DNA of 64,000 nucleotides from Lama glama. Lineage: Eukaryota. The stretch is taken from contig CM052816.1 in assembly GCA_028534125.1 (NCBI GenBank), forward strand, positions 45,448,001-45,512,000, given 5' to 3'. Shown piece after piece: positions 1 to 15,109 of this stretch. Numbering within the stretch: the first letter of the stretch is position 1; each line of letters opens with the position of its first letter. The notes beneath the pieces are model-generated. The model searched no databases. It worked only from the letters and a program-made list of their open reading frames with translations, and was not told where the DNA came from. Position numbers and translations under genes: made by a program.

Positions 1-654
1 AGCATCTACCCAGACTCAGGAAGCTGGTGTCAAGAAGTCTGTGTCTCTGTGCTAATTCCCTCTCCCATCTCCCCACCCCATCCTGAGCACTCACTGTCTG
101 CTTATACAGATTTCTGAAGGAAAGAGAGCCAGGTAATAGAGGCTGTGAGAGCAGCAAGGGTTTTCTTGATGTTTCCAACAAGAAATCAAAATGTATTTTA
201 ACGTGAAGAAAAATTGCTATTAGGACCCAGAATAGTCAGATTAAAAGCTAAAAGCCTTTGGTGGCTGGCTTGGGATCTCAACTTCTCTCTATAACTATTT
301 TTGTGGAAAAACTAATTGTGAATTGAACCTATTTAAATTATAAACCAAGATTTATACTGCTATTTGTTTATAAGTTGTAGATCACTACAACATTACAATT
401 CTTTAAGAATATGAATAATTTCTTTTTAATTCTAATTTTTCTTTAAGGAACTGAGAATATAGGAAGTTTATTTTCATGAGAAAATGGTGATAGGTGAGTT
501 TTTAAATTGCTGAAGAATGTTCATAAGGCTCAAGCCTACAACTTCCTTTCACTTCACTGTTTCATTATTTTACTGAATTTTACTATTAAAGAAATAATTA
601 TTTTTATTGTTTCCAATTTTTGTTGGAAATTTAGTATGCTCCAAAAAGATTTTT

Positions 655-1400
655 ATGGGTGCTAGAAACATTGCAATGAGCAAGACAAGCGATTCCTGAT
701 CTAATGGAGTTTACATTCTAGGAGGTGGGAAATAGGGAGCAAGGAAAGAGACGGAGTACAATAAATGAGCAAGAGAATTCACGTATCGATGTGTGATAGG
801 AAGTAAACATAACAATGATGTGATACTGTGAGGCAGGAGAGCTACTCAGGGAGGCTGTTCTGAGGTGATAATATGTGAGCTGACTGTGAATGAAGGATGG
901 ATGAATGAATACCTGAATGAGCAAAGCACTAGGGCAGAGTTTCCCAAGCTCAGAGATTAACTGGAACCCAGGGCCCAGGACTAGAAGGAGGTGGCATGTT
1001 TCAGGAACCAAAAAGTGTCCGGTGTCGCTGGTGCTTGATGACTGGTAGAGACGGGAGGAGGTGAGGTCCAAGTATGCAGAGATGATCCTAAAAGTCTGCT
1101 GGACGGAGGTCAGAAGTTTCTCTGTTATGTGTGGTAGGAAGTTACTGAAGGATTTTATGTGGGAGTGTGATTTGAGTAAATTTAGTCTTTAAAATGACTC
1201 CTCTGGCTACCAAGAAGAGAACAAACTATAAAGGAAGGGACCAGAGTGAAACCATGGGTAATAATCTGGAAGCTACCATAAAAGACAGATGGCTTAGACG
1301 AGCATGATAATGGTAAACAGCAATAGAAGAGAACACAATTGAGATACACTTTGGAAGCAGAGAGAGAAAATGAATTTAATTCCCAAATATGGTTAATACT
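655..1400 (-). mobile_element. L2 3' fragment
   Basis: Reverse-oriented L2 motifs GGGTGCTAGA...AAGACA...ATGGAGTTTACATTCTAG and ACTCCTCTGGCT. Confidence 0.7.
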
Positions 1401-4400
1401 ACATGTAAATTTAAAAAGGGACACCCATACTAAAAAGTTTTACAGTATGCAAAATTTGAGAATATGAATGCAGAAGCTGACTTGCATTTAACTTTGATTT
1501 CAGTATTCCAGAAGGAGTAAGGGCATAAACTGGCTTGGAATGGGGCTTAGAGGTGAGGTCTGGGTGGCTGTGGAGTTTCTTGGTTTCCAGGCCATGCTCC
1601 ATAAAATCACTGGTACACACCATCTTATTATGCACATAAAACTTGGCCAAGAAATGCACTTGGTTGTCCATATGTGACATGTAAATATTTCAAGTTGGCA
1701 AAAACATTCCCCCTTACAACCAAAACATAGTGCCCCAAACCAAATTCCTCCTCATCCCTGGCAGAACACAGAGTATATGTTCCTGGGGGATGCGATCCAA
1801 ATGGGGCTCTGCAAGAAAGGTGTTCTGGACTCACACAACTAACAAGCCTATAGAAAAGGCTACTTTCCTTTAATATAAAACTGCTGTTAATTTGGCCCTC
1901 TTACATACCGTTGCACAGAGTACATGGTTTGAAAAAAGAACAATCTCTGCTTAGGAACTGAAAGCTCAGTTAGGCCAATAGGCAATTAAATGTAAGACAC
2001 TCTGTTGGTAGAGCAAGCGGCTAAAACCCAGACATAACTTCCTGGGACTTACAGATGTACATGGAAATGTCAAAAATAATTTTGTAAGGGCCACAAATTG
2101 AAAAGATCCACAAAAGGAAGCAGGATGTTGAGGAGCCAAAAGGATTAAAGAGAGGTCTACTAACATGATGAGTATGGTAGCAAATGTTAACCTCAATAAA
2201 GCTCCAAAAAAAACCAAAACTAATTGTGGAAATCAGTGCTCAGCTCTTATGAATATACTAAAAGCTACTGAATTGTACACTTTAAATGGGTGAAATACAT
2301 GGCACATGAATTCTATTCTGACAAGGCTATTTTAAAAAACTGCAAGGGACCATACTATCATGTTCCATGGAAGTGGAGGGGAAAGGCACCATTGAGGGGT
2401 TCTGAGGTATCTTTCCCAGAGGGGCTGAAAGGGAGATAGGGCACTGGAGTTGACAGATGACCTTGTGTGGGGCCTGGGACAAATGACAAAATCTTCTGGA
2501 GTCTCATATTTCTCATGTGAAACACAGAGGCAATAATAACATTGATGGCCTCACGGTGTGTTTAAGGATTACATGGCGTTTTGCAGATCAAGTGCTTATG
2601 GTATCCTTAGCAATACTGTTTCATTTAATAGTGTCTCTGTATTAAAAATATGCCTATTTCAAATTTCAAATGTACACACATCACATCCACATACACATAG
2701 ACATTCACATATAGAGTTTTTTCAAATCAATCTATATAACCTCTCCAGTTGTTAAGTTTCTAACAATTCAACACAAGCAATAAAGACACAAATACTTAGA
2801 AAATACTCAAGATTAGGGGGGAAAGTCTCATTTAGAAAATATAAACAAAATTAATAGAGTGTATACACGCAGTGCAGACCAGCACAAAAGCCCTCCCGGA
2901 ACAGTGGAGCGGAGGTGTGGTTGACAGGCACAACAGAGCCCGTTATTTAAAAAGGCACAGGGTTGGAAAGATGGCCACTGCCCATGCGGTTGATGAAAGA
3001 AAACCTCCAGAAGCGGAAAGCAGGCTCGCTCTCCAGAGGGCATTCAAATCTCTGGACTCCGTGCAGAACCCAAGGGGCCTCTGCAGTGCTCAGTGGCAGC
3101 AAGAATCATCCTGCCCTCTCTCTGCCTTTGCCCCTCGTTTGTTCCCCAGACCTTGTGTTTCGAGTGTTTTGAACATGACCTATTATCGTCTTAACAACTC
3201 TGCCGGGCAGGCCTTGTTATTGTTCTAATGATTTTTCAGATACAGCTCAGGGATATCAGCCCATCTGTCCCTCTAGTTCCAAACCTGGGACTCTTCCTCC
3301 TGCACTCCATATTTGTTACTTAAAGCCCCTTTAGAGGCTTTAAGTAAATATTCATAAAAACAATTTTTCTCAGATGCTGATTTTCCCTACTTAGGGAGAT
3401 CAAAAGAAGTCTTTTAAAAGTCAAGGATAGTTTATGTTTTTGAGGCTGTAATAGAAGATTCCAAACTGGTATTTTCTGGTAAAGTCTGGATTTGCTTCAC
3501 AATTTTTCCTAGTAACAAAAGCCATGTTGCAAACATGATAATGTCACTGTAGCCTCATTCAGAATATTACTCACTCTTTCTGTTGCTTTGCTACTTCAGC
3601 ATTTGGGAAAGTTTGAATTTCCCAGTAGTGTGACCACGATACTATTTTTGTATCTTTGGCATTCACTTATTTTCGATTTAGTGAGTCTACGGTGGAGCTG
3701 AACTTTGAAGCTTGCTGAAAAAAGGAGCTGGATATTATTATTAAAAGATTTCAAGGATTAAAAAAATTGGTATGTAAAGAAAATGTGTTCTTAAGAAAGC
3801 AAAAATAAAATGTATTACTTCCTTTGAAATTTAATACTTTGATCAATATTCAGGTTTTACTCCATTTTAAATACCAGTATCATTTTAATCCCTCAAAGCA
3901 CAAACTTGTGAATAGCATATTAATATTTCTGGTTACAGAATGGATTGTAAAATTATTTGATAATCACTAGTTACAAATTTATTTCATTACTAATTACACA
4001 GTCACATGAAATTAGTAATATCAAAGATGTAAGGTCATCAATGAACATTTGGATTCAAGAACTGGGAAAAAATAAGAGCTCACACTAGCATTTTAACCTT
4101 TTCCTAAAGATAACATGATTAGGTTAGGCACACTAGGAGGAAGTCACTTGCTTCAGGCAGAAAAAATTTTGAAGTAATCAAAAGTATAACTAAAACCATG
4201 GACCAAAGAGAAATTTACTAATTCCTATTACCCTTTCATCGAGCTGCTATGGAAGCTTCCACTTCAAGAAAAGGACCAATGGAGGTGGTAGCTGCAACCC
4301 CCAGGGTCCAGTTTCCCTTCAGCAAACTTTTTATATAAGAGGCACCAGAGTTGTTCCCTCTTTCTGTGCACCCACAGCCCCCTTCTTTTACCACCAAACT

Positions 4401-4654
4401 TCTCTCAGAAGTGGTCGGAAACAGCCCCTTCCTTTTCCTCCCCACCCACTGAACCCCCTAACTTCTTATGTCTTATTTTCCTCATCTCTCTCCAAGATCT
4501 CCAGTGACCTTGTTCTTGCCAAATTGGAGGACTAATCTCTCAACTGATGCTAAATCCTTCCATTTGAAACCTTTTTTTCCTTCCTTGGCCTCAGAACCTT
4601 TAACAACACTTTAATTAGTTGCTTCTAATGATCCTTCTCATTCCACACGTCATA

Positions 4655-4850
4655 GCGTTTTAAACACGTAGGTTTTGGAGCCAGAGGGACTTGAGTTAGA
4701 ACTGTTCCAGCTGCCACATTCAATCTATGAAGGTTAGGGCAGGTAATCGAACTTCTCTTAGTCCCATTTTTTTCCCGTCTGTGAAATAGGGATGATTAAA
4801 GTACCTACCTCATCTGGTTGTTATAAAGAGTGAATAAAGCAATACATGCA
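4655..4850 (+). mobile_element. MIR SINE; further MIR fragments near 2440-2620, 5170-5310, 17970-18060, 26380-26480 and 46620-46720
   Basis: TTTGGAGCCAGA...TCTGTGAAATAGGGATGAT...GTACCTACCTCAT core. Confidence 0.7.
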
Positions 4851-7800
4851 GCTTTCACTTACTTCATTGCCATACAGGCAAAGCCTCTGTGTCACCAGTC
4901 ACGTGCGTTCTACAATCAGGGTCTCTCCGCAACCCATCTCAAAGAACTATTTTACAGTGTTGAGACCACTGTGTTTAGTAGCTACCATTTAAATCAGCAG
5001 CTGAAATATGCTATAGGAACTCTGCACCCCTGATGCCCCAAATCGCACATATTCCTCTCCATCCACTAAAACGTTCAGCCTCTCCTATGGCTTAAATGGA
5101 AGAGGCTACCTACCCCTTTGGTGACAGAGTAAATCTCACTGATTTATGATTTATGAGGAAGTATACATACATAGTGGTTACAGGCTGCAGGTGCTCAATT
5201 ACCAGTTCTGTGACTCGTCACTCTGTGACCTAGGACAACAAGTAACTTACAACTCTCTGTGCCTTAGTTTCTGCAGCTGTGGAACAGGAACAGTGCTAGT
5301 ACCTACCTCACATAATGCTTAGTAGGTATTATAGCAATGTTTATTAAATAAAATAAAATTTACATTGCAACTTTTGAATTGATTTAAACAGAACACTGAA
5401 ATAGTAAGACTTTCATAGAGCAAAATGGAGTGTTTTTATGAGTTCTTATTCCTTCCTTTAGATTTTCATTGCCACTACCACTGTCCAAGCTCACAACCCA
5501 TCACCACCAGATGATGGTAAAAGCTGCTCACCCTGCCTCTCTACACTGATCTGCCACATTCCAGACTTTTTTCTACTTTAATCCATTTTTAATTTCTTCC
5601 CTAATTGCCAGATTAACTCTTTGAAGCAATTCTTTCATACTGTGCCCTTTTGGACTAACTCCATCGATAACTCCCAACAGTTCCCAGACAGTATACAACT
5701 ACCTCCCTGCCGTCAGCTTATCTGTTTCTCACGCACAGGCGCAGGCCTTTCCTAAGGAGAACTCCCAGGGTCACGGCACCCTCCAGGTCTTTATTCTCGT
5801 TCTTTTCCCTGCCTAAAATGTGCCACATTCTATTTCTTTAAATCTTAGACAGTTTTCAACAACCAAGTCAGAATCCATTTGCTCCGTGGAAAAGCCGAGG
5901 CCCCACCCACAGCTTATGCAGTACCACGTGGTACACCAGCAAGAGGGGGCCTTCTTCTACACACAGCTTGGCTTTTACCATGAGGCTAATTTTCAGACTG
6001 TTATTTACACGCCCTGTGTGTGCATATCTTGCCTGGTATTTCCCGTTAGCTCAATCTCAATATTGTGTATATGGCAGACAAGGTGGAAGTGGTCGAGTTC
6101 GTAGATGACTGATGATTCTGATGTAGAATAAGCAGAATTTATTCAACTTTTTTTGTTTTAATTTCACTACCGGATGGTTGAATGGGCATTCAGAGTCATG
6201 AACATGACAATACTTTGGCCACGTTAACGAGCACATCCAAATTAGAATCAAATGGTTTAATAAGCTCAACTCACATGTATATTCATATCTGTGTGCAGAA
6301 TGCTCTTTACTCATGTTCACCAAATCTACCTCTACACGAAGAACAGGTACAGTTAAATACCTCAAATTTTTGTACAATAAAATAAAAGCCATACATACTC
6401 AATACTATTTAAAGAGGGGCCCTTACAAGCTCTTTATAGGAAAGAATCAGTGGGGTTGGTTTTACTTTCATTCTACCAGTTTATATCCAAAAACAACACT
6501 GAGAAGCTCTACAAAGTGTGAAATGCTGTGAGAAAGACCAAAATAAAAGCCTAGTTTGTACTCTCAGTGGTACATTAGTTCCCTTGTCTGAGGGTCTTTT
6601 CTAAGTAACCCCAGAGGGAAAAAAGAAAACCAGAAGCAGCAGCAGAAGTCTTCCCTTCAGGAAGGAAAGATAAATAGTTGTAAGTGGTTTCATGGCAATG
6701 ACACTTTAAATGAAGACAAAAATTTAATTAATAGAATTTCTTCAACAAATAATTTTTTATAGTAAAGAAAATCGATTGATACCATGGGTTTAATAATAAT
6801 AATAATACTAACAGCAGCAGCAGTAGCAACAGCCAGAATTCACTCGGGTCATTTACACAGCTAACCCGATCTCTCAACAAGCAGGATCCAGAAACCCACC
6901 CAGAGTTAAAGATCTAGTATTTAAATTTTAACAAGATGCCTCCCTTTAACTTTAGGAAACACTTTCCTAATCCACTGACACCTGCACTAACACATAATCA
7001 TTAATGTTCTACTGAATAATGACCCTTTGTGTTTCTCAAGTTCCCAATCCTCAAAGCAAGGTCTAACTTTGATCTTTGTGCTTAAACTCTTAAATTCCTT
7101 TCTCTTAAATAACAAAAGCAGAAATAACAAAGGCTACTCTGCTCAACAAGCAATTAACTAAAGTTTCCAACTAATGAGAAATCTCTTCTGATAAATGACC
7201 GTTTCACAATTTCTACCTCACTCTGCTCAACCCACAAAAGTATGCCCATTAGGTACATGATTCCAGACCCTACACACACAATGACTTTCTTGGGCTGACT
7301 GTCAACAAACCAGTGCAAACTGCAGGAGAGAAGCCAGGCCCTGGAGTAGCCAGAAGGAATCAGTATTGGAGAGGTCACAATCGGCTTCTGGCTTCAGTCA
7401 TGTGCGGCCAATGATTCTGAATCTCGAAGGTGCTGGATATTCAAAGCCAGAACGACATAAACTGCAGATTAAAGCAGAATCTATTGGCAGTAGTATCTGA
7501 GCAGGATCCTAACTGGGAAATAAAATGACATTGCAGAATGACATCCCAAAATGCTACAGAATGAGGAAAACTTACAAGTCACTGACAGTCCAACTTATGC
7601 TAAATTCCAAAGAACAGTCCTCTAAATTTTAAGGCATTTTCCTTGTCCTTTCATGAGGAAATGGCCCATGTAAGCAAAAACTCCTGCACATCCAGTGGCT
7701 ACCAAAAATTAATATTTAAGTATTTCAAATTCTCAGATATTTGGTGTCATCTGAATTCAGATAATACGTTTACATAGATTTTTTTTCTAGACTAATTTGC

Positions 7801-8684
7801 TCTTCAGTTTCAGAAAATGTGCTTAAGGCCATGCAAACAAACAAAAAACAGAGGGGAAAAAAAAACCCAAATGTTTTCCCCTGGTTAAGTTTATTAATCA
7901 GAGTAAATGTAGTTCTATCTTATCATCATGTTTTCTGTGAAGAAACTTCTGTTCTTTTTTTAGATTTGGAGAATTGCTTTTCCTGACAGAACCCCCAAAA
8001 CCGAGAACACTGAACTGCAAACTTGTCCTTTGTCCTCGCTGTTTACCAGACTTATCAGGGCACACACGGGCTGGCAATGCGATTCAAAGATAAAAATTCC
8101 AAAGATATAATTAGATGTTGTTCCGAGAAATATCACCCAATGCCATGAAAACCTGTTTGCTGTTTTTCACTTCATATTTAAAAATAATGGTCTCACAATT
8201 TTTGACGTTTAATCATCTTTTTTTAGGTAAGTGAGAAACATTAACTTGGCACTGAAGAAAAATACATACTTCTAAAATAAACAATACTGAAAATACAGAT
8301 CTTATCTCAAAACTTCTGTGACATTTCAATAAACATATTTTTCTATAACAACACAGCTCTTAAAGCTTATAACAACATAGATATAATGAAAAGAACGTTA
8401 TGCCCCTGAATCTAACTATAAATGATAAATGACAGAAAGATATATTCCAAGCCAGTGATGTATAGCTTTCTTACAGTGCCTCACAGACTCATCGGTTCAA
8501 TTCTGAACAAAGGGGATAGAGAGAAAGGTAGAAAATCACAAATGCGTATTTGCTGTGTTGCAGAAGAATACTCTCTAGCCCAGTGAGAGAAGTGCTGCGA
8601 AACCACTGCAAGTTTTCTACTGAACTCCATCTTTGCTAGAGACTAAAAACTGGTTTTGCCCAAAAAAGGAAAAAAGAATCTTTT

Positions 8685-8700
8685 ACTGCCACCTGCTGGT
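8685..8700 (-). promoter_or_regulatory. Candidate CTCF site
   Basis: Minus strand ACCAGCAGGTGGCAGT matches the core CCASYAGRKGGCRS; motif only. Confidence 0.5.
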
Positions 8701-11185
8701 AATTTATAGTCAATGGTTCTCAATGATGCCTGAATAGCATAAATTTCAGATTAAAGGAGAATCTTTTGCCTTTTAAAGCAGGAATATTAGACACAATACC
8801 TATTTCTAGAAGTAGAGGCAGACGAGCACATTCTCCTGATGCTGACCGCCTGCCTCACTGACACACTGCCCTGAAAGGACGTCAGAGACCACGTTTCCAT
8901 TCTTCCCTTTCCCACAAAAGTCACTCAACTTAGTTCTGGGTCAGCAATAAAGATCTGAAACTGAATGGTCTTAGCAGACCTGTCTGCAGCGTATTCACAA
9001 CTGAAATACTTGAGGTCAGCTAGAGGATTTTCACTCTTTTAGCGGAATAACCACAGGCCAAACTGTATTTTTGAAGATTTCTCTAGAGGAAACTTAAACT
9101 TGAAAGATGTGAACATAACATTGATGGAGGATCCCAGGTGAGAGATCTGAGACTAAAACTAGACTCCCCCTCAACCTTGGCAAGATTCTGTAAAATGGAG
9201 ATATAAACATGATTTCAATATTTAGAAATGAGAGGGTGGGCCCAAGTTCTTGCAGTCAGCTTCATTTCTGTTTTTGGAGAGTCTAAGAATTTTTAAGTCT
9301 GGGCTAAATAGTTTAAAGGGAGAAAATTATTCTCCTTAAAGAATATTTTTAAAAAGTCAAAATAGGTCAAAAATTTTGAGGAAACAGTACTTTCTATCAA
9401 CAGCATATCAATAATTTTCCTGCCAAAAATAAACTAAGGAAGTTGTTTTTTAGTTATTTCATGTCACAAGTCATACATTATAGGATTTTTCATGCCACAT
9501 TGCTTCATCTATTCTAAAAATATACTGAAAAACATGGATTTAACTAACCATTTTCTCCAAAATTAATGTTAAGTATAATGTGAATCGGAAGGCAATGTCC
9601 CAAGATATAAATCCTAAGTCTTTTTTTCATATCCCTAGACATGAGCAAATTTGTCTGCTAGGACACTGAAGAGTTGTCTGTAATTCTATGGTTCTATAAT
9701 TAAGACTTGTACAAATTCTGCTGCCAAAAAATCACCAGAGTGGGTGGTGAACACAGCCAAGTAAACTCTAATTATGGAAGGCGGGTTTTCTAAGATCTTA
9801 AACACAAGAAGCAAAGACAAGATCAGACAGCTAAGATAGTTAACAAGGCAGTATAAATAGCTTTGTCAAACTCCATGTAAGCCCCTCTTTGGAAACAGCT
9901 GTTACCTCTCATAGTTCATAGGTACTTTAAAAGCACAATCTGGGACCTTCTACTTAGAACTCAGCACTTAATTGTTCCCTAAAAAAAGTTATGAAATTTA
10001 CACATGTTATTTTCACTCCTGGGACCAAAAAAGGCAAGAGGAGTCCAATGTCCCAGATAATTTTCCTTTTTAGTATTTCAGCTCCTCTACTAGTATTATT
10101 TTTTAAAGTTCTGTATGTCGTTCAATAAAATGCCATTAGCAGTCTAAAAGACAGTGTATAAATCCTAAGTGCAAACACAATAAATTTATGTAAACTGAAC
10201 ACACACATATAACAGCACCCAATCAGGAACCAGCACTTTCTGCACATCAAAAGTGCCCCTGCCCACTCAGAAAAGTAGAAATTTTATTTTATAAAATACT
10301 ACTACAAAGTTTTCTCAATAATAACACTATATAGCACATTCTTATCATCCGGATCTGTAATTACAGGCTTAACACAGACATGATCATGCTTTTTTCTGTT
10401 TGCTTATACAAACATCTATGCCCATCTTTCCCCTAATCAACAAATTGCATGAACTTCTCATTCCCAGCCCAAATATCACCTCCCCTATAAAGACTTCCTT
10501 GACCTTCACAGAAAATTAAGTCCTCATCTATTTTCACAAATAATCCATGTTCACACTTACCACACTGAATTAGATCTACATGGACATCTATAGTTCTAGA
10601 TTTCTGAGTACCTCATGACAGAAAAGGCATTTGATCTGCCTTCTGGTCTTTAAACTGTATGCTAATGAATGACAACATTTTTCACACTATTTCTTCTGCC
10701 GTGAACACCTGAACAACATTTAAAAAAAGAATGTTCTACCAAAATGTATTCTATAATATTAAATGAAGCAAAATATATTATCCGGATGTCTCACAGTAGA
10801 TATCATTTTAATGACCTCCATATAAAGGATGTGTAACAGAGTATATTATATTCAAACAGATTAAGATGTGCTAATTTTAATATATATACACACTAACAAT
10901 ATATTTCACATATATAAGTTGAAAAGATGATGCTTCAGATAAGAAGCAGCCATTTTCTTATAAGTAGTACTTCTCTAAAGAAAGAAGCTCATAAAACATA
11001 CTTTTTAGACCTGATACTCTCATTTCCTTCTACTGCTTTCCTTCCTCATCCTCTTCCACTACAAAATTAAACAAGCTTATTTCAACCAAGTGGAAATTAA
11101 ACTTTACTGATACATTTGGTTCAAGGACCACAGAAGAAGAAACATGAACATCTCACGAAAGTTAGAAACCCCAGAGCTCTCCTAC

Positions 11186-11286
11186 CTGTGTACCTAAGCT
11201 GGCTGCCATCATGTGAGTCAGAAGTTTAGCTGCAAACATGGAATACCTGGCACAGAAGACATGGGAAAGGACAGCCAGGCAGAGAC
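11186..11286 (-). CDS. ADGRV1: ADGRV1 exon (~83), 101 nt: [34 protein letters not shown] (end of TM1, ICL1, start of TM2)
   Basis: ctacag|GT acceptor, CAG|gtagga donor; phase 1 to 0. Confidence 0.95.
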
Positions 11287-12857
11287 CTGTAGGAACGAAA
11301 AAGCCCATGTGTGGTTTTAAAATCCATGAACAAACAGGGGCATCAAGAAAATCTCCAGAAATGTTAAGCACATAAAGCCTGAAGCCTGCCTATGCCACAC
11401 AGCACAGCTTTGCTGGGAATAGTCATACGGCAATTTTAATCTACTCCACTTTATAAGACATATAAAATCTTCACACTTATCATTTAAGCCCAAAGGGTAA
11501 CTTTAAATTTCTAATATATACTTGTCCACTTCCCTACTAAAAAAATAAATAAAATAAAAAGCACAAATTAAGCAAATTAATCATCTCATTAAACTATTGG
11601 TTTCCTATGTCTCCATTAGACAAGGTTTACTGTTTAAGAAAAGAACCAAATTCCAATCTAATTTTCTAAGAACAGGTGGTTTGGCTAAATAAGAGATATT
11701 AAGGGAAGTGAATAGGACTTTTCAGGCATAAAACTGTGAATGGTGCTACCAAAACTCAGGTTTGGAAATTAACCCTTTTTATCCACTAGGAATAGTTATG
11801 TAATTACAACAGTATTTAATTAGTAGTAATTATGAATTTCAAAGGCAATGTATGCTCCTGGGTGCCCAAATTAGGAACAAAACGTGTTCTACCCGCCGAG
11901 ATGATTTTAACCTAAACATCTACATTTCTAAGTGGTGTGAAGAAAATTATTATTACTTTCTTTAAATCTTGACTTCACCTATAGTTCACTTATACTACTT
12001 CAAGGGGAAGAACCGCAGGACTAACCCATAAATCTTTTACATCCGTGACAGAGTGGCAATATAAATCTTTTATATTGCAATTTGTATATATTTCTTTTAA
12101 TGCTAGGTTTTAAATGTAGAGTGTATATGTATTTTTTAAATATTTCCTGCCTTTTAAAATAAAAAATATGCTGCATAAGGTAACCCATTTGCTTTATTCC
12201 TTAAGCCTTTTATTCCACTCTCATCCTCAACAGGGTTATTTTGTTTAAGAATTACCGAAACATAACAAGTGGCTTGTGTGTGCCGTTTGGCCGGGTACTT
12301 TGCATGCACTGCCTCATTTATCAACGCCTCCTTGACAAACAGGAGACACTGCATTTATTTAACATTTCACTTCTGCATTATTCTTTCTGAAGCTATGGAA
12401 CAAACTTCTAAAGTACACCACATGTGGACATAAGGACTGGGCATCTGCAAAAGGCCCCCATGGGCTCTGTGACTAACTGTCGGGACAGAAGTGCCTCCCA
12501 TAACTCCTTTCTGGGAAAAGCTTTCAATATGTTTATATCTGAATAAGGTAGACGAAATTCCACACAGGAAGTAAGGCCTGGCATTCATCAAGGCTTTTGG
12601 CCTAGAAATTTGGCCAAGAAATCCAGACTAATCCATTGTTAGGAAGGCTGCCATGGGGGTGTTCTGGGACAGCTGTGCAGTTCCTGGGGCTGCCTCCAAA
12701 ATCCACCCACACAGGTACGAGGTATAGCCAGACACTGCAGAGTCTTGTCTGATTTTGCACCTTTATTAGGTAGCTTATAAATTATTGAAGCCGTTGCTCC
12801 AAATTCACTAATGTATACTTTGAATTTCCTATGATGGTCAAAATCACCTAAAAGTCA

Positions 12858-12985
<128 letters not shown>

Positions 12986-14669
12986 CACTGACTTAAAGGC
13001 AGAGTCCTGCAAGTTTTATTTCATTGCAGGCCACAGGATCACAAATACGTGCTTCACAGTCGGTTTACTGTGCCGGATGGTAACAATGTGAGGTAAGGAA
13101 TGAGTGCTGGGCTGAGCAGAAACACTCATGAGTCAACTGTTTTCTTCCAATTCAAAAGAAGAGTTTATTCACAGCCGTTTCCCTTAACTTGGTAATTTTC
13201 CAATACACTTCCATTTCATCATATAAATTTAGCACAGTTAAACTTGACCAGATGAGGAATAATTAAGTCCACTAAGCTTCAATTAAAATGCCAGCATAAA
13301 AAAATAAAATAAAATGCTAGCATGACACCTGGTGGCAGTCCAGGATTCAAAGCCAGTGGCAGGAAAATGAGTTAGATTCTATTAGCCTATAACGATAATA
13401 TCTGATGGCTATCTAAATGCATTTTTATTTAGGGGCAAATAATGGGGCTAAAAACCTCAACCCTAGCCTCAAATGGCCTTGGGAAATATACTGATTACCT
13501 CTGATTCAAAGAAATAAATACTTCAGTTACCAAGTTCCTAAAACACTATATGCTAAGTATTTACCTTCTTATCTGATCTGGAATGGCTGTATTTAGCAAA
13601 CATGATTTAAATTTACAAGTCAGGTTTTTAAAAATTGTAACAATTTTTTGGCTTAAATTCCCTTAACATGCAAATCATACAGTACAAAAAGTTATAACTA
13701 TAAATAGAATTTAAAAAAATAAAGTATAACAATTCCAGGTATTACATAAAGGTGTACTCTAAACAGTTTTATAAAAATTGATTCCTTAGCAATTATGTAG
13801 AAAAACAAACAAGTAACTAATTGAATAATTTTACTTTACTTTTTTTCCCTAGCATTATGCAGGTTACAGACTCTGCTGGAAAAAAGCAATTAATCCATTT
13901 ACTAACACGAATGACTTTTCTATACAATTAGACAACAAGAGGGAAAAGAAATCATCCTTGACAAAATGATAACCTAATAATCTTTGATTTAGATATGCAA
14001 AACTCTAAAGAACAGCTAATTATTTTGCTATGATAAAAGCAGACCAAAGACCTTATTTATCTATGTAATATTTGAATGTGTGTATGTATATAAATGTACT
14101 AATATTTGTATATGAATATGCACATCCAGTAAAAAAAAAATCTATTGTTTGGCATCCTTTTAAAAATGGAATTTACTTTTCAAATTACTGAAGTTTGTCT
14201 CTCCAGAGGCCAAACATTAACACTTTTTCCCATGAAAATATACTTAAAATATTTATAAATTTTTTTATTTCTTTATCAACGTATCTAGCTCTGTCTTCTC
14301 TACAGATAAATCTAAACAAAACCAAATGATCACTACGTTAGTAAATCAGTTGTTTGCCTTTTAGCTTAGGTTTTTCCTATTCTCCCACCTAATGCTAGCC
14401 GTACCGTCACCTTTTCTACTTTTTGTTCTCATCTCTATTGCTTCCCATATTCCTGCAAACTCTTCCCTCTGTATCGTGTCTCTTGATTACAGTTACTAAT
14501 GAGCCAAGGGCAGGGAAACAAAATTGTCAATCCTGAAAAGTTTTCTAGGTGAAACAAAAGTCAACATGAAACTCCTGAGAGTATGTAAGTTCTGTTTTAG
14601 AGAGAGGGTTGATTGCAGAGGGACGAGGTGGCCTGGAGACCAGCCTCCAGGTAACCTGTGAGGTTCAAT

Positions 14670-14840
14670 ACAATAGCCACAAGTGGTTATTTAAGTTTTA
14701 ATTAATTAAAATGAAATAAAAGTAAAAATTGGGGCCCCAATTGTGCCAGCCCAATTTCAAGGGTTCAACAAGACATTGCTAGTAGCTGAAGAGGGGAGAA
14801 CATTTCCAACACCGAAGAAAGATTTATTGGAGAGTGCTGT
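14670..14840. mobile_element. MER3/MER33-like hAT element
   Basis: TAGCCACAAGTGGTTATTTAAG...AATTAATTAAAAT...GAACATTTCCA...GAAAG...TATTGGA.AGTGCTG. Confidence 0.6.
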
Positions 14841-15109
14841 GTTAAACTGTCCAAACTGAAAGCAAGAAAGAGTGTATCTCAGAAAAATTTTTATAAAAAA
14901 TGGCTAAAACGAGATGGTTCAGGACTTAAAAGTATGAACCTGACCTAGTCAATGGTACATCTCATTATTGGAGGATGTCAGATCAACACTGTATACTCAT
15001 ATATTTATTAATTTAACAAGCAGCCAATGAAAAACTACTGTATGTCAGGGGCTGTGTTGGGTGACAGAGACACAATATTCAAAGGAGAGTTACTTGCTGC
15101 TCTCCCTTT

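Noticed and set aside
1..11185. Further ADGRV1 7TM exons or a nested gene in the first 11 kb
   Set aside because: I found no translation continuing TM2 and no coherent spliced ORF; the short ORFs mostly overlap L2/MIR remnants or look like chance.
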